Source: a virus
Length of the DNA stretch: 64,000 nt
IMG/VR virus record: IMGVR_UViG_3300044539_000111
Location: 1 to 64,000 of that record
Reading direction: 5' to 3' (one strand)
Shown here in pieces: positions 29,589-39,384 of the stretch. A program made the translations under genes and the position numbers. Position 1 is the first letter of the stretch; each line of letters opens with the position of its first letter. Under the pieces are notes generated by a model. That model saw nothing but the letters and a program-made list of their open reading frames with translations. It had not been told where the DNA came from and did no database searches.

Positions 29589-29980
29589 AAAAGACCTGTG
29601 TCATCAAATTCAAAATGGTAAATGGAAAGCTTATTCCTAAAGATGGTCTGATGAAAACTAGATTCAATCAATTCATACGCGAGTTGACTGAAGATGATGA
29701 GATAGAATGCATCATGGAAGCAGTTGAACCTAACAATACCAAGGCTCAGCTTGCCAAGATTCATGTGATGATTAAAGAAATCTCAGATGAAACGGGTGAA
29801 GACATCAAGAAAACCAAGAAAGACATCAAAGATCAATGTGGTTTGACTTATTATGTAGATCAGCAGAAATACTATAAGTCATTTGCAGATCTATCAAGAC
29901 AAGACTTGTCTGATGTCATTGAGAAAATGTATTTGATTGGGGACTTCCTCAACATTAACTTTCGGAAGGATCTTCTTTAA
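29585..29980 (+). CDS. NinB-like hypothetical protein
   Basis: TKAQLAKIHVMIKEISDETG...KSFADLSRQDLSDVIE. Confidence 0.5.
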   Translation: MKKTCVIKFKMVNGKLIPKDGLMKTRFNQFIRELTEDDEIECIMEAVEPNNTKAQLAKIHVMIKEISDETGEDIKKTKKDIKDQCGLTYYVDQQKYYKSFADLSRQDLSDVIEKMYLIGDFLNINFRKDLL

Positions 29981-30257
29981 TATCTAACTCAACATCTGTT
30001 GTGTGTTTTTTCAAATCTTTATTTGCTTCGTCTTCAACAGACTTTACAAGCATCATAAAAGTTTGAATAACCGCTTCAGATATAGTAAGTGGAGTTTTAT
30101 TGGTAGGAGTATCAATGTTCATCAAAGCTTGCTTCGGATCAGGTTGTTGTTCTAACAACCTGGCCATCAAATCATAGACGCGTTGATAATAAGCACCGGA
30201 TACTTCTATGCTTACAACAGTGTCTTCTTTAATAACAGTAACAATTTTTTTAGCCAT
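29955..30257 (-). CDS. Lone antisense-oriented hypothetical protein
   Basis: Likely start MAKKIVTV at 30257; TATCTTTG element at 30276-30283. Confidence 0.6.
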   Translation of the reverse strand: MAKKIVTVIKEDTVVSIEVSGAYYQRVYDLMARLLEQQPDPKQALMNIDTPTNKTPLTISEAVIQTFMMLVKSVEDEANKDLKKHTTDVELDIKEDPSES

Positions 30258-30852
30258 GAGTTCAAATATTAACTCCAAAGATATAATAAATAAACAGAAA
30301 GAAAAATACGCGGAGTTCCCGTGGAGTAAATTCCTATTACAGGAGTTTGATAAGCCTACATTTGAAAAGATGTTGGACAAATTGATTGCAGGTGTATCTA
30401 ATGGTAAGCCATTTACACCTCCAATGAAATCTTGGTTCAGTGACTTTACTACTATGAGCCCAGCCGATCTGAAAGTATTAGTAGTTTCTAAAGGGCCTGT
30501 AGAATTTTCCTCAGAGTTCATATCTCCGGAACTTTTAACCAATCAAGGTGTAATGTTCTACAATCTATCAAGAACAGCTGTAGGAACAGATCAAATGATG
30601 GAAGACTGGCGCATGTTCAACATCTATTTCATTGACTACTTGATTTCAAACATACCGGACATTGTATATGTGTTTGTTGGATTTGAAGCAAGTGATTTTT
30701 CAGAGATGGTAAATGAAGAGGGACATGGAAACAAAGTGTTCTTGCCAGAACAGTCGCATGCTATTTGGAAATCAAATGCATTGTACAAATTGTTTGATGA
30801 AAATGTAAATTTAATCTTAGAAAGTAAAGGAATTTCTGCCATCAGTTGGTAA
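30256..30852 (+). CDS. Uracil-DNA glycosylase (family 1)-like, catalytic motifs degenerate
   Basis: FTPP, LKVLVV, NQGVMFYN, VYVFVG and C-terminal N.IL...G..AISW align with Ung, but GQDPY and HPSP are absent. Confidence 0.6.
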   Translation: MSSNINSKDIINKQKEKYAEFPWSKFLLQEFDKPTFEKMLDKLIAGVSNGKPFTPPMKSWFSDFTTMSPADLKVLVVSKGPVEFSSEFISPELLTNQGVMFYNLSRTAVGTDQMMEDWRMFNIYFIDYLISNIPDIVYVFVGFEASDFSEMVNEEGHGNKVFLPEQSHAIWKSNALYKLFDENVNLILESKGISAISW

Positions 30853-30879
30853 AAGTTTTGTATCTTAGTAGTCCTTTCT

Positions 30880-31419
30880 ATGAAAAATAATCTCAAACAA
30901 AGCAGTCTATTTGAAAGACTAAAGTATCACAAAGTTACTGTAAAACAGTACATTCAAATGTATTTAGAGTACACTGCAGGTGATCTTCCAGAAGACAGCC
31001 TTGAGTTTAAAATTCTAAAAAGCATTGATGAACTATTTGCAACAAAAAAAAAGTTAAAATTAGATGACTTGATGGGTAAGGATTATCAAAATGCAATTGA
31101 TGATTACATAGAGATATTTCCTACAACTAAATTGCCTAATGGTAAATATGCCAGAGGCAACAAGAAGAACATTGAAACTAATTTCAGATGGTTTTTTGAG
31201 AACTACAATTACTCATGGCAAGTTATTCAAGATGCAACAGAAATGTATGTATCTGAATACCGCGCTAAAAACTACCTGTATATGCGAACAGCCTTGTACT
31301 TTATTCGTAAAGATGATGGAACAAGAATGGTGCATTCTGATTTAGCTGATTACTGTGATAAGATAGTCAACAATGAAAGTTACACCAAAGAAAAATACTT
31401 TAAAACTAAAATCTTATGA
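30880..31419 (+). CDS. Putative replication initiator/helicase loader
   Basis: YIEIFP...YARGN...YMRTALYFIRK; directly upstream of DnaB. Confidence 0.5.
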   Translation: MKNNLKQSSLFERLKYHKVTVKQYIQMYLEYTAGDLPEDSLEFKILKSIDELFATKKKLKLDDLMGKDYQNAIDDYIEIFPTTKLPNGKYARGNKKNIETNFRWFFENYNYSWQVIQDATEMYVSEYRAKNYLYMRTALYFIRKDDGTRMVHSDLADYCDKIVNNESYTKEKYFKTKIL

Positions 31420-32411
31420 AGTGGAAAAGCCATAAAGAACATTACAAAGATGCATTGAAATACATGAAAGGTAAGCAACAAGGATTGATTCCTAGTTACA
31501 AAACACCTTGGCCTAAATTCAACAATGCAACACTTAACGGTCTTGAGTTTAATACCATTACTGTTATAGGTGCTAGACCTGCGTCAGGTAAAACATTAAT
31601 GGTAGACCAAATTGTAAGAGAAGGTTTTAAATTAAACCCTGGGCTCAACATAAGAGTGCTGCAGTTTCAATTGGAAATGTTCGGACGAACAACAAAACTC
31701 AGAGAGTTTTCATCAGTAACCAAAGAAACTTACAGATACCTGTGTAGTGCAGAAGAAGAAGATATTGTTGTATCAGATGATATAATTGATCTATGTCACA
31801 AGTATGCTAAAGAAGCATCTAAGTATCCAATTGACATCATTGATGAATCAGTAACGGTAAAACAATTCAGAACTGAGATTATTGAATACATGAAAGAGTT
31901 TTCAATAACTAATGACGCTGGGAAGATTTCATATCATAACACCGTCATAACCCTTGACCACTCCGTATTAATCAAGAAAGATGCAGATGAAGCCTCTAAG
32001 CAGGAAACATTAGCAAACCTTGGTGAAGTATGTACAGAACTAAAAAAGAAATTTCCTATTGCATTCATTCTACTTACCCAGTTAAACAGGGACACGGACA
32101 GACCGGAAAGAAATGAGAATGGTAAATACGGCAACTACATTTTAGAGTCTGATATATACGGGGGTGATGGACTAGTCCAACATGCAGATTTAGTTGTAGG
32201 AATCAACAGACCAGCAAAAAGATTCATTAGTTACTATGGACCTGATAGATTTATAATTGAAGATGAGAACACTCTTGTTCTCCATTGGATTAAATCTAGA
32301 AATGGTGAAGTAGGTATGAGTTTCTTTAAAGCAGAGTTTCATAACATGTCAATTAGTGAAATGGAAACGCCTGGTCAAGATCAACAACCAATTCAAACTA
32401 AAAAGAAATGA
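31416..32411 (+). CDS. dnaB: DnaB-like replicative helicase
   Basis: GARPASGKT, FQLEM, TLDH, LTQLNR, KSRNGE. Confidence 0.9.
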   Translation: MKWKSHKEHYKDALKYMKGKQQGLIPSYKTPWPKFNNATLNGLEFNTITVIGARPASGKTLMVDQIVREGFKLNPGLNIRVLQFQLEMFGRTTKLREFSSVTKETYRYLCSAEEEDIVVSDDIIDLCHKYAKEASKYPIDIIDESVTVKQFRTEIIEYMKEFSITNDAGKISYHNTVITLDHSVLIKKDADEASKQETLANLGEVCTELKKKFPIAFILLTQLNRDTDRPERNENGKYGNYILESDIYGGDGLVQHADLVVGINRPAKRFISYYGPDRFIIEDENTLVLHWIKSRNGEVGMSFFKAEFHNMSISEMETPGQDQQPIQTKKK

Positions 32412-32926
32412 GTATAAACACAAAGAAAAATACAGTAGAAACCTTGGACAAAAAGGCAAAAATTGAGATTTTAAAATCTTATCACAAAACTACATTCGCT
32501 AAACTAGGCGCAAAAGATCCAGTCTTTTCACCTAAGATGGCTTATTATGATTCAGGCGAGAGAGTTATATCTTTTTTCCCAAGTGAAATTGAGAAAGGAG
32601 AAGACATCTTTACTGAATTTGTGAGCAGAGATTATGATTCTGAAGATGAATCGCGCACATTGTATAAATGGAAATACAATCCGCATTACATGCAAGAATA
32701 TAGAGTTACTGAACCGCATTCAGCAAATCACACAATCAGGTACATCATTCCTGTAGAGGAACTAATTGTATGTACAAGTGAAGCATCTGAAATAGATGAG
32801 TTTGATATGCCGGATCCAGATCAGGACTTGCCAATTGACCAGTTAACGATTAGGGATTTAGCCGCAATACTTACAGGTAAGCCAGTGAGTATGAAGAAAT
32901 GGCTAAACGAAATAGTAAAAAAGTAA
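32408..32926 (+). CDS. Conserved replication-module hypothetical protein
   Basis: 172 aa; LTIRDLAAILTGKPVS. Confidence 0.7.
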   Translation: MSINTKKNTVETLDKKAKIEILKSYHKTTFAKLGAKDPVFSPKMAYYDSGERVISFFPSEIEKGEDIFTEFVSRDYDSEDESRTLYKWKYNPHYMQEYRVTEPHSANHTIRYIIPVEELIVCTSEASEIDEFDMPDPDQDLPIDQLTIRDLAAILTGKPVSMKKWLNEIVKK

Positions 32927-32938
32927 ACAGTAATTAAG

Positions 32939-33736
32939 ATGAGTGATGAAAATAAAGTAGAAGACTTTATTCTACCGACTAAGCCTACTAAAAGTAAGCT
33001 TATTAACCCTAGTCCATTACTAGTTTTTGGTAAACCAAAGATTGGTAAAACAACAGCAATTGCTGGATTGGAAAACTGCTTAGTAATTAATCTTGAAGAT
33101 AAGATTCAAACCGCTGATGGTATGGTGATGTATGTCCCAACATTAAATGATTTGAAGATGGTCTTACAGAAAATCAAAGCTGCAGGTAAACCATATAAGT
33201 ACATTGCAGTTGATACCTTGACTAAGTTGGAAGACTTATGTATTCTGGAAGCAGAAAGAATATACATGAAGACTCCAATGGGAAAAGAATCCTGGATTAA
33301 AAAAGATGAAGCAACCGGCAAGTTATCACCGACATGTGGTAAATCTAAATACACCAGTATTTTATTCTTGCCTAACGGTTCAGGTTATCAGTATCTACGC
33401 CAAGCATTCAAGCAAATCACTAAGCTGATTGAAGAATGTGCTGACAATATTATTTACATTGCGCATGTCAAAGAAACCAACATCCTAAAAGAAGGTGCGG
33501 AATTGACATCACATGATGTAAATTTGATTGGTAAAAACAAACAATCTATTTCAGCGGAGGCACAAGCCATTGCTTATATGACGCGCATTGGTAAAGCAAA
33601 CTACTTATGTTTCTTGCCAAGTGATGATGTCTTAGCTGGTTGTAAAATCAAAAGATTAGAAGGAAAAGAAATTCTTATCAGTGAATATGATGAGAAAGAT
33701 AATTTGATTACTCATTGGGATCAAATCTATATTTAA
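32939..33736 (+). CDS. Sak4/AAA_24-like ATPase
   Basis: GKPKIGKTT, IAVDTLT, YIAH. Confidence 0.8.
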   Translation: MSDENKVEDFILPTKPTKSKLINPSPLLVFGKPKIGKTTAIAGLENCLVINLEDKIQTADGMVMYVPTLNDLKMVLQKIKAAGKPYKYIAVDTLTKLEDLCILEAERIYMKTPMGKESWIKKDEATGKLSPTCGKSKYTSILFLPNGSGYQYLRQAFKQITKLIEECADNIIYIAHVKETNILKEGAELTSHDVNLIGKNKQSISAEAQAIAYMTRIGKANYLCFLPSDDVLAGCKIKRLEGKEILISEYDEKDNLITHWDQIYI

Positions 33737-33773
33737 GTAAACAGTAATTATAAATCTAGTAAAAAGAAAAGTT

Positions 33774-34556
33774 ATGTCTATTTCAACAAAAGGAGTTAAG
33801 AAAAATCACATCTCCAAAGAACTAAAGCCAGGTAATGTTGTGGCAAAAATCAACAACTTGTCTATTGAGCAAGTAAAAACACCAAAGGATCCTAAGAATC
33901 CTGAATACAAAATCTTTATTGAATTAGAAAGCCGCCCAATCGGTGGTGACTTTGTAGGATTTGATAAAGTGTTTGGTGATGCAAGTAAAGGTCAGCACTT
34001 AGGTCAAACAAAAAAGATTCAGTTTTCTAACTGGCCAATCAGAACAAGTGAAGGTATTTCTAAGAAAACAGGAAAGGCTTACAAGATTTTGGCATCAGCT
34101 AAAATTCTTGAGTTTGTTCAAAAACTGTTGACTATAGTTGGAGGTGACGCATGGTTGGAAGCCAACGATGGCAAGTTTGATACATGGGAGCAATTGCTTG
34201 CCGGTGTAGTTCGTAGCGGATTACTTAAAGACAAGTATTTCTCTTGGTGTATTGGTGCTACAGAAGGACAAAATGCCGCAGGATACACTGTATATTACAT
34301 GTGGCTTCCTGAAAAGAAAGACGCTGCTGAACCGTTTGCACTTGAAGGAGGTCTTGTTACCAAGTTTGATGCAAACATTCACATCACAAAGTCTAAGTCT
34401 GTAACAGAAAATGCAGCTCTTAATGACGGAGTTGATGATGATGATTCAGTTGCAAGAGAGCAAGAAGATGACGATTTTGCAAATGCACCTACAGACAGTC
34501 CGTTTGACAACGATGAGTTAGATGACAGCGAGTTGTTTGACATGGATGAAGATTAA
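33774..34556 (+). CDS. Putative single-stranded DNA-binding protein
   Basis: Follows Sak4-like gene; long acidic C-terminal tail. Confidence 0.6.
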   Translation: MSISTKGVKKNHISKELKPGNVVAKINNLSIEQVKTPKDPKNPEYKIFIELESRPIGGDFVGFDKVFGDASKGQHLGQTKKIQFSNWPIRTSEGISKKTGKAYKILASAKILEFVQKLLTIVGGDAWLEANDGKFDTWEQLLAGVVRSGLLKDKYFSWCIGATEGQNAAGYTVYYMWLPEKKDAAEPFALEGGLVTKFDANIHITKSKSVTENAALNDGVDDDDSVAREQEDDDFANAPTDSPFDNDELDDSELFDMDED

Positions 34557-34572
34557 TCTTTTCCAATAACAC

Positions 34573-34605
34573 AAGGCGGGTTATTAATTTAGCCCGCCTT
34601 TTTTT
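34573..34605 (+). terminator. Intrinsic terminator
   Basis: AAGGCGGG/CCCGCCTT followed by T run. Confidence 0.85.
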
Positions 34606-34614
34606 ATTCTAGTT

Positions 34615-35613
34615 ATGATACACACAGTTTATTACACTAACAAAAACTTTCCTATACCTAGTAATAGGATCATGGAAAGAATTTTAAATCTTGAAGAAGC
34701 ATTAGAAGGACAGTCAGTTAAAATCAAATCTATTTTTAACAAGGCAGACAATGATCCTTCAATGATTTTGTTTTTCTCAGATGATGAACAAATATATCGC
34801 TTTAAAGATTTTTCTTCAGGGAACTATGGTGATGCTGTTGATATAGTATTAGAACTCTACAACTTATCAGATAGGCAGAATGGCTATAGACAAATCCTAG
34901 AGCTTTTTAAGAATGACACAGAAATCCCTAAATACATTAACACTGCCTCCAAAGAAATCAGAGAAGTCAACAAGTACACAATCCGTAAATGGACTAATGC
35001 TGATGCTGCATTCTGGAAACAATTTGGAATAGGTGGTTCTTTCTTAAAGAACTATAACATAAAGCCACTAGGGGAATATACCATTACCATTACTAAAGAA
35101 GACGGAGTAGAAGAAATGAACTTTGCTCAGAACATGTGCTATGGTTATTTCAATAATGCAGGAGAGCTATGCAAAATCTATCAGCCAACACGGAAGATAG
35201 CAAAGTTCCTAAAGCTTAGAGAATATACACAAGGTGAAGAACAACTCACATACAAGGCACGTTGTCTAATCATTGCATCATCTCTCAAAGACATCGGTGC
35301 ATTCAAAGCACTCAAGTTCAATCAGATTGAAATGGTAGCTCCCGACAGCGAGAATGTTACTATCACTCAAGCACAGATTGACAAGTACCGCCAAGAATAT
35401 GAATTTGTCTTCACACTATTTGACAATGACATAGCAGGCATGAAAGCAATGAAACACTACAAAGATTTGTATAACATCTCTTACATCTATTTCAATGTAG
35501 AAAAAGACATTGCAGAATGTGTCAAGCAACATGGTGTTGCAAGCACAAAAGTATTTTTAATTCCAATCTTAAAAAATGCAATCGCAGGAGAAAAAAATCA
35601 AAAGACTTCTTGA
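34615..35613 (+). CDS. DNA primase (TOPRIM)
   Basis: FKDFSSG..GD, SSLKD, APDSE, LFDNDIAG, KDIAE. Confidence 0.85.
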   Translation: MIHTVYYTNKNFPIPSNRIMERILNLEEALEGQSVKIKSIFNKADNDPSMILFFSDDEQIYRFKDFSSGNYGDAVDIVLELYNLSDRQNGYRQILELFKNDTEIPKYINTASKEIREVNKYTIRKWTNADAAFWKQFGIGGSFLKNYNIKPLGEYTITITKEDGVEEMNFAQNMCYGYFNNAGELCKIYQPTRKIAKFLKLREYTQGEEQLTYKARCLIIASSLKDIGAFKALKFNQIEMVAPDSENVTITQAQIDKYRQEYEFVFTLFDNDIAGMKAMKHYKDLYNISYIYFNVEKDIAECVKQHGVASTKVFLIPILKNAIAGEKNQKTS

Positions 35614-35998
35614 GTCCAAAGATGTAGAAAACCATAAGCTTGGTCAACTAGCACTATTATCTGTGTTAGACAAAGACAATGTTTTATATTGGTATTTGAC
35701 TTTAGAGCCAATCAAAGGTTCAATTAAAGCAGATGAAGATTTGCATATAAAAATGACAGAGCTTTTAGAATGGCCATCCTATATTCCAGCAATGGAATGT
35801 TTAGCTAAAATGGTTACTTATATTCAAGCTACTTGTCCTTCACAATCAAGCATAGAAAAATTCTTTGTTTATTACAATGAATATCTTTACAGTTTAATGT
35901 CAAGTACATGGACTTCAGAAACAAGAAAATTAATTAAATCACAAATACCACAGTTAAATGTCAGCAAACCTCCAACAAAATCTCACGAAGATTTGTAA
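35576..35998 (+). CDS. Hypothetical protein with N-terminal LxSxDxE module
   Basis: KKIKRLLESKDVENHKLGQLAL. Confidence 0.65.
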   Translation: MQSQEKKIKRLLESKDVENHKLGQLALLSVLDKDNVLYWYLTLEPIKGSIKADEDLHIKMTELLEWPSYIPAMECLAKMVTYIQATCPSQSSIEKFFVYYNEYLYSLMSSTWTSETRKLIKSQIPQLNVSKPPTKSHEDL

Positions 35999-37199
35999 AG
36001 ATTTGATGTTAGAACAGCCATTTTATGGCCTGCTTCTACTAAATCTAAACAAAGAATGGACAGACAAAGTACCAACAGCCGGTGTTGGACTAGAAGGAAT
36101 CAACTACAAGTTGTATATTAATCCGGAATTTTGGCAAAGTTTATCTGAAGAACACAAGAAAGGTTTGCTTCAGCATGAATTGATGCACATTGCATTCTTT
36201 CATATTACAGAATACAAACATCTAAAAAATCATGAGCTTGCGAACATGGCTCAAGATATTGAGATCAATCAAAAGATTGATCCCGGTTATTTACCGCCAG
36301 ATGGTTGCACACTTGAGAAATTTATTGATAAAGGATATGATTTACTTCCAGAAGAAGGTACTAACATTTATTATGAAAAATTAAACCGTGAAAGTGATGG
36401 TCCAGGTCCCGGATCTGGTAAAGGTAACGGGCAAGGACAAGGGCAAAGTTTACTTGATGCCATCAAAGATGCAGTAGCAAATGGTTCAATGCAAGTTAAC
36501 GGTCAAGGTTCAAGTAATATGCGCGTCCCAGATCACCAATGGGATGACTTCGATGATCTATCAGAAACTCAACAAAAACTTGTTGACAAACAACTTGAAG
36601 TGATGTTAGACGAAGTTGTTGAACAGGTTCAAAAAATGCAGGGTACTATTCCTAGAGAAGTCTTACAAAAGCTAGAGGCTTTAAAAGTAATTGAGCCACC
36701 AAAGTTTAATTGGAAAGCTTACTTGAGAAGATACATTGGGAACAGTTCTAAGAACAGCATGCGCAAAACCAAAAGAAAACAAAGCAAGCGTTTTGAATTA
36801 GACTTTGGTATTAAAGTGCAAGAGTTTTCAACTATCTTAATTGCAATTGACAGTTCACAATCAGTATCTGATGATGAAATTAAAGAGTTCATGCATGAAA
36901 TTCACCACATGTACAAGTGTGGACATGATTTTACATTGGTTTTTGCAGATACACAAATGCAAGATCCGGTAAAATATAGACCAAATATGCCGTTAATCAT
37001 TAAGAAAAGGGGAGGTACTGATTTCAATCCTGTTGTAGATTATTACATACAACATAGAAAGAAATACACAACGCTCATTTATCTTACAGATGGAGAATGT
37101 CCTGCTCCAGATGCGCCAGTTAAAAACATGTTGTGGGTACTATCTACAAAATGTCAGGACACAGATCACTTACCAGGAAAAACAATCAAGTTAAATTAA
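35958..37199 (+). CDS. Metallopeptidase-vWA (DUF2201-like) protein
   Basis: HELMH zincin motif; IDSSQSVS MIDAS, GGTDF, YLTDG. Confidence 0.88.
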   Translation: MSANLQQNLTKICKDLMLEQPFYGLLLLNLNKEWTDKVPTAGVGLEGINYKLYINPEFWQSLSEEHKKGLLQHELMHIAFFHITEYKHLKNHELANMAQDIEINQKIDPGYLPPDGCTLEKFIDKGYDLLPEEGTNIYYEKLNRESDGPGPGSGKGNGQGQGQSLLDAIKDAVANGSMQVNGQGSSNMRVPDHQWDDFDDLSETQQKLVDKQLEVMLDEVVEQVQKMQGTIPREVLQKLEALKVIEPPKFNWKAYLRRYIGNSSKNSMRKTKRKQSKRFELDFGIKVQEFSTILIAIDSSQSVSDDEIKEFMHEIHHMYKCGHDFTLVFADTQMQDPVKYRPNMPLIIKKRGGTDFNPVVDYYIQHRKKYTTLIYLTDGECPAPDAPVKNMLWVLSTKCQDTDHLPGKTIKLN

Positions 37200-37216
37200 A
37201 AGTTAAATTAAGAGTT

Positions 37217-38413
37217 ATGAACAAAGTACAGTTAAACAGCAAAGAGTTAAAAGAAACATTGACTCACTTGATTACAAACAATAGAGCAATCCAAGAAGAT
37301 GGATTGAAACCAGTTGCTATCTCAATTTGTGGTGCAGCAGGATTAGGAAAGACATCCGTAGTGGAACAATTAGCTGAAGAGCTAAATATAAAACATGTAG
37401 AAATTATTAACTTGGCTCAGCTAGATGAGCTAGGTGACTTAGTTGGTATTCCAATTAAGGAATATCAGATGGTTGTTAAGCAAGGTGACAATCAAGTAGG
37501 TAAATGGGTTGATGAAAAAGTCATGGATTCCTTTGCTGCACAGGGATGGAAAGCCAATGGACAAAGCCGAATGAGTTATGCTAAGCCAGCTTGGATTGCA
37601 GGTAAAGGAGAAAACGGTGTACTTATCCTAGATGATTACACTAGAGCTGCGCCACGCTTCATGCAAGCAGTTATGGAAATCATTGACAAGCAACGCTACA
37701 TTTCTTGGGCGTTACCAAAAGGATGGACCATTCTTCTTACAGAAAATCCAGATGACGGTACTTACAATGTAACAGACATTGATGCTGCTGCAAAGTCAAG
37801 ATACATTACATTTGATATGAGATGGGAGCCAGAAGTTTGGGCTGAATGGGCTGAGAAATCAGGTATTGACCAACGTGCAATTAACTTTACTTTGTTACAT
37901 GGTAAAGAGATTATCAAAGATGACAACCCTGTAGTAAATCCAAGAAGCTTAGTGAAGTTCTATAATTCTTTAAGAACAATCAAAGACTTTGACAAACAGT
38001 TGATGCTTATTCAGAACATTGGTGAAGGTGCTGTAGGTCCAGAAATTACAACAATGTTTACATCATTCATCCATAATAAATTGGATAAAATGATTTCACC
38101 TGCTGAAATTTTGGATACAACTGTTAGCTTTGATACCATTCAGGGAAAAATCAAAGAGTTGGTCAAAGAAGGTAAAGATTACAGAGCTGATCTAGGTTAT
38201 GTATTGACTACCAGATTGATTAATCACATGGTTCACACTGTAAAAGACAAAGAAATTACTCCAGCTTTTATTGAGCGAGTAAAAGATTTAGTTGTTGGAA
38301 AAGTATTAGGTTCTGATTTGAAGTTTGTATTGGCTAAAAAAGTAGTCAACTCAAGCAACAAATACAATGTTCTTATGCTAGAAGATGAGTTTGTAAATGT
38401 AATCTTAGAATAA
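37217..38413 (+). CDS. MoxR-like AAA+ ATPase
   Basis: GAAGLGKT, LILDDYTRA, TENP, NPRS. Confidence 0.85.
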   Translation: MNKVQLNSKELKETLTHLITNNRAIQEDGLKPVAISICGAAGLGKTSVVEQLAEELNIKHVEIINLAQLDELGDLVGIPIKEYQMVVKQGDNQVGKWVDEKVMDSFAAQGWKANGQSRMSYAKPAWIAGKGENGVLILDDYTRAAPRFMQAVMEIIDKQRYISWALPKGWTILLTENPDDGTYNVTDIDAAAKSRYITFDMRWEPEVWAEWAEKSGIDQRAINFTLLHGKEIIKDDNPVVNPRSLVKFYNSLRTIKDFDKQLMLIQNIGEGAVGPEITTMFTSFIHNKLDKMISPAEILDTTVSFDTIQGKIKELVKEGKDYRADLGYVLTTRLINHMVHTVKDKEITPAFIERVKDLVVGKVLGSDLKFVLAKKVVNSSNKYNVLMLEDEFVNVILE

Positions 38414-39384
38414 TGATTTCATCAATAAATGTTGTCACACTACCGCGGACTTGTTTCGCGGTAGTTCCTGACGATTATGACTGTCATGAATCAGATCTTA
38501 AAATTAATAAGCTGATTCATGATTCTCAAAAGTATGCGGATTTAAATGGAAACATGATTGATGTACCTGTTGAAAGTATTGTTACAGACAAAACTAAAAC
38601 ATTGTATGTTAATCTAGCTGTAAGAAAGTATCTAATGACAGATGCTAAATTACTATCTGGACAAGTTCAAGCTTTAAGCTGCGACTATCTTATTTTTACT
38701 GCTCAAGATACTGAAGACTATTGTTTACAAAAAGTAAAAGATGTAATTGGATTAGCTTTTTGGGATGAGTATGCTGTAGCTACAAAAGAAGCATTACAAA
38801 ATGCACTAGACTTTGATTTAATTTCTGAAGATGACTATGTTCAAATGACATATAAGCATCCTAATAGAACAAGTTGGAAAGAATCAAAGACTCAATGGAA
38901 TGTAGGTTCAAATCACAATGTAAATTTTATTTTACAAGCAACCGGAATGATGATCCCTAGTAATAAAAAAGTTATAGAGCTGCAAGAAGTTCTAAACTAT
39001 TCTAAAAATCGCGGAATCACACAAGAAGAATCCAATAAAATAAAAATGCTTTTGCAAGCAAAAGACTCAGAAAAAGTTGCACTGACTTTATTAAACACAA
39101 TCAATCCAAATAATTCATTTGTTGAACTGATGTGTTTGATTAATCACATGGATGATAACATCCGTAGAAACAATCCAAATGTTCCAGTACTACCTCTGTT
39201 AAAAGGTGCATACAATGTTGATACTGGAATAAAAAGAAAATCTGATAGAATTGTAAAAGAATATGAAAAGAAGTTTGGTTATGCTTCTAATGAAGTTCTA
39301 GAAAGAATTGCAGATAACTATTATCACCCAACAGTTGAAACAAGTTCGGTGTTTGATTTCAAATTAAAAATAAAAAGAAAATGA
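38413..39384 (+). CDS. Hypothetical MoxR-associated protein with internal LxSxDxE-like module
   Basis: GITQEESNKIKMLLQAKDSEKVALTLL. Confidence 0.7.
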   Translation: MISSINVVTLPRTCFAVVPDDYDCHESDLKINKLIHDSQKYADLNGNMIDVPVESIVTDKTKTLYVNLAVRKYLMTDAKLLSGQVQALSCDYLIFTAQDTEDYCLQKVKDVIGLAFWDEYAVATKEALQNALDFDLISEDDYVQMTYKHPNRTSWKESKTQWNVGSNHNVNFILQATGMMIPSNKKVIELQEVLNYSKNRGITQEESNKIKMLLQAKDSEKVALTLLNTINPNNSFVELMCLINHMDDNIRRNNPNVPVLPLLKGAYNVDTGIKRKSDRIVKEYEKKFGYASNEVLERIADNYYHPTVETSSVFDFKLKIKRK

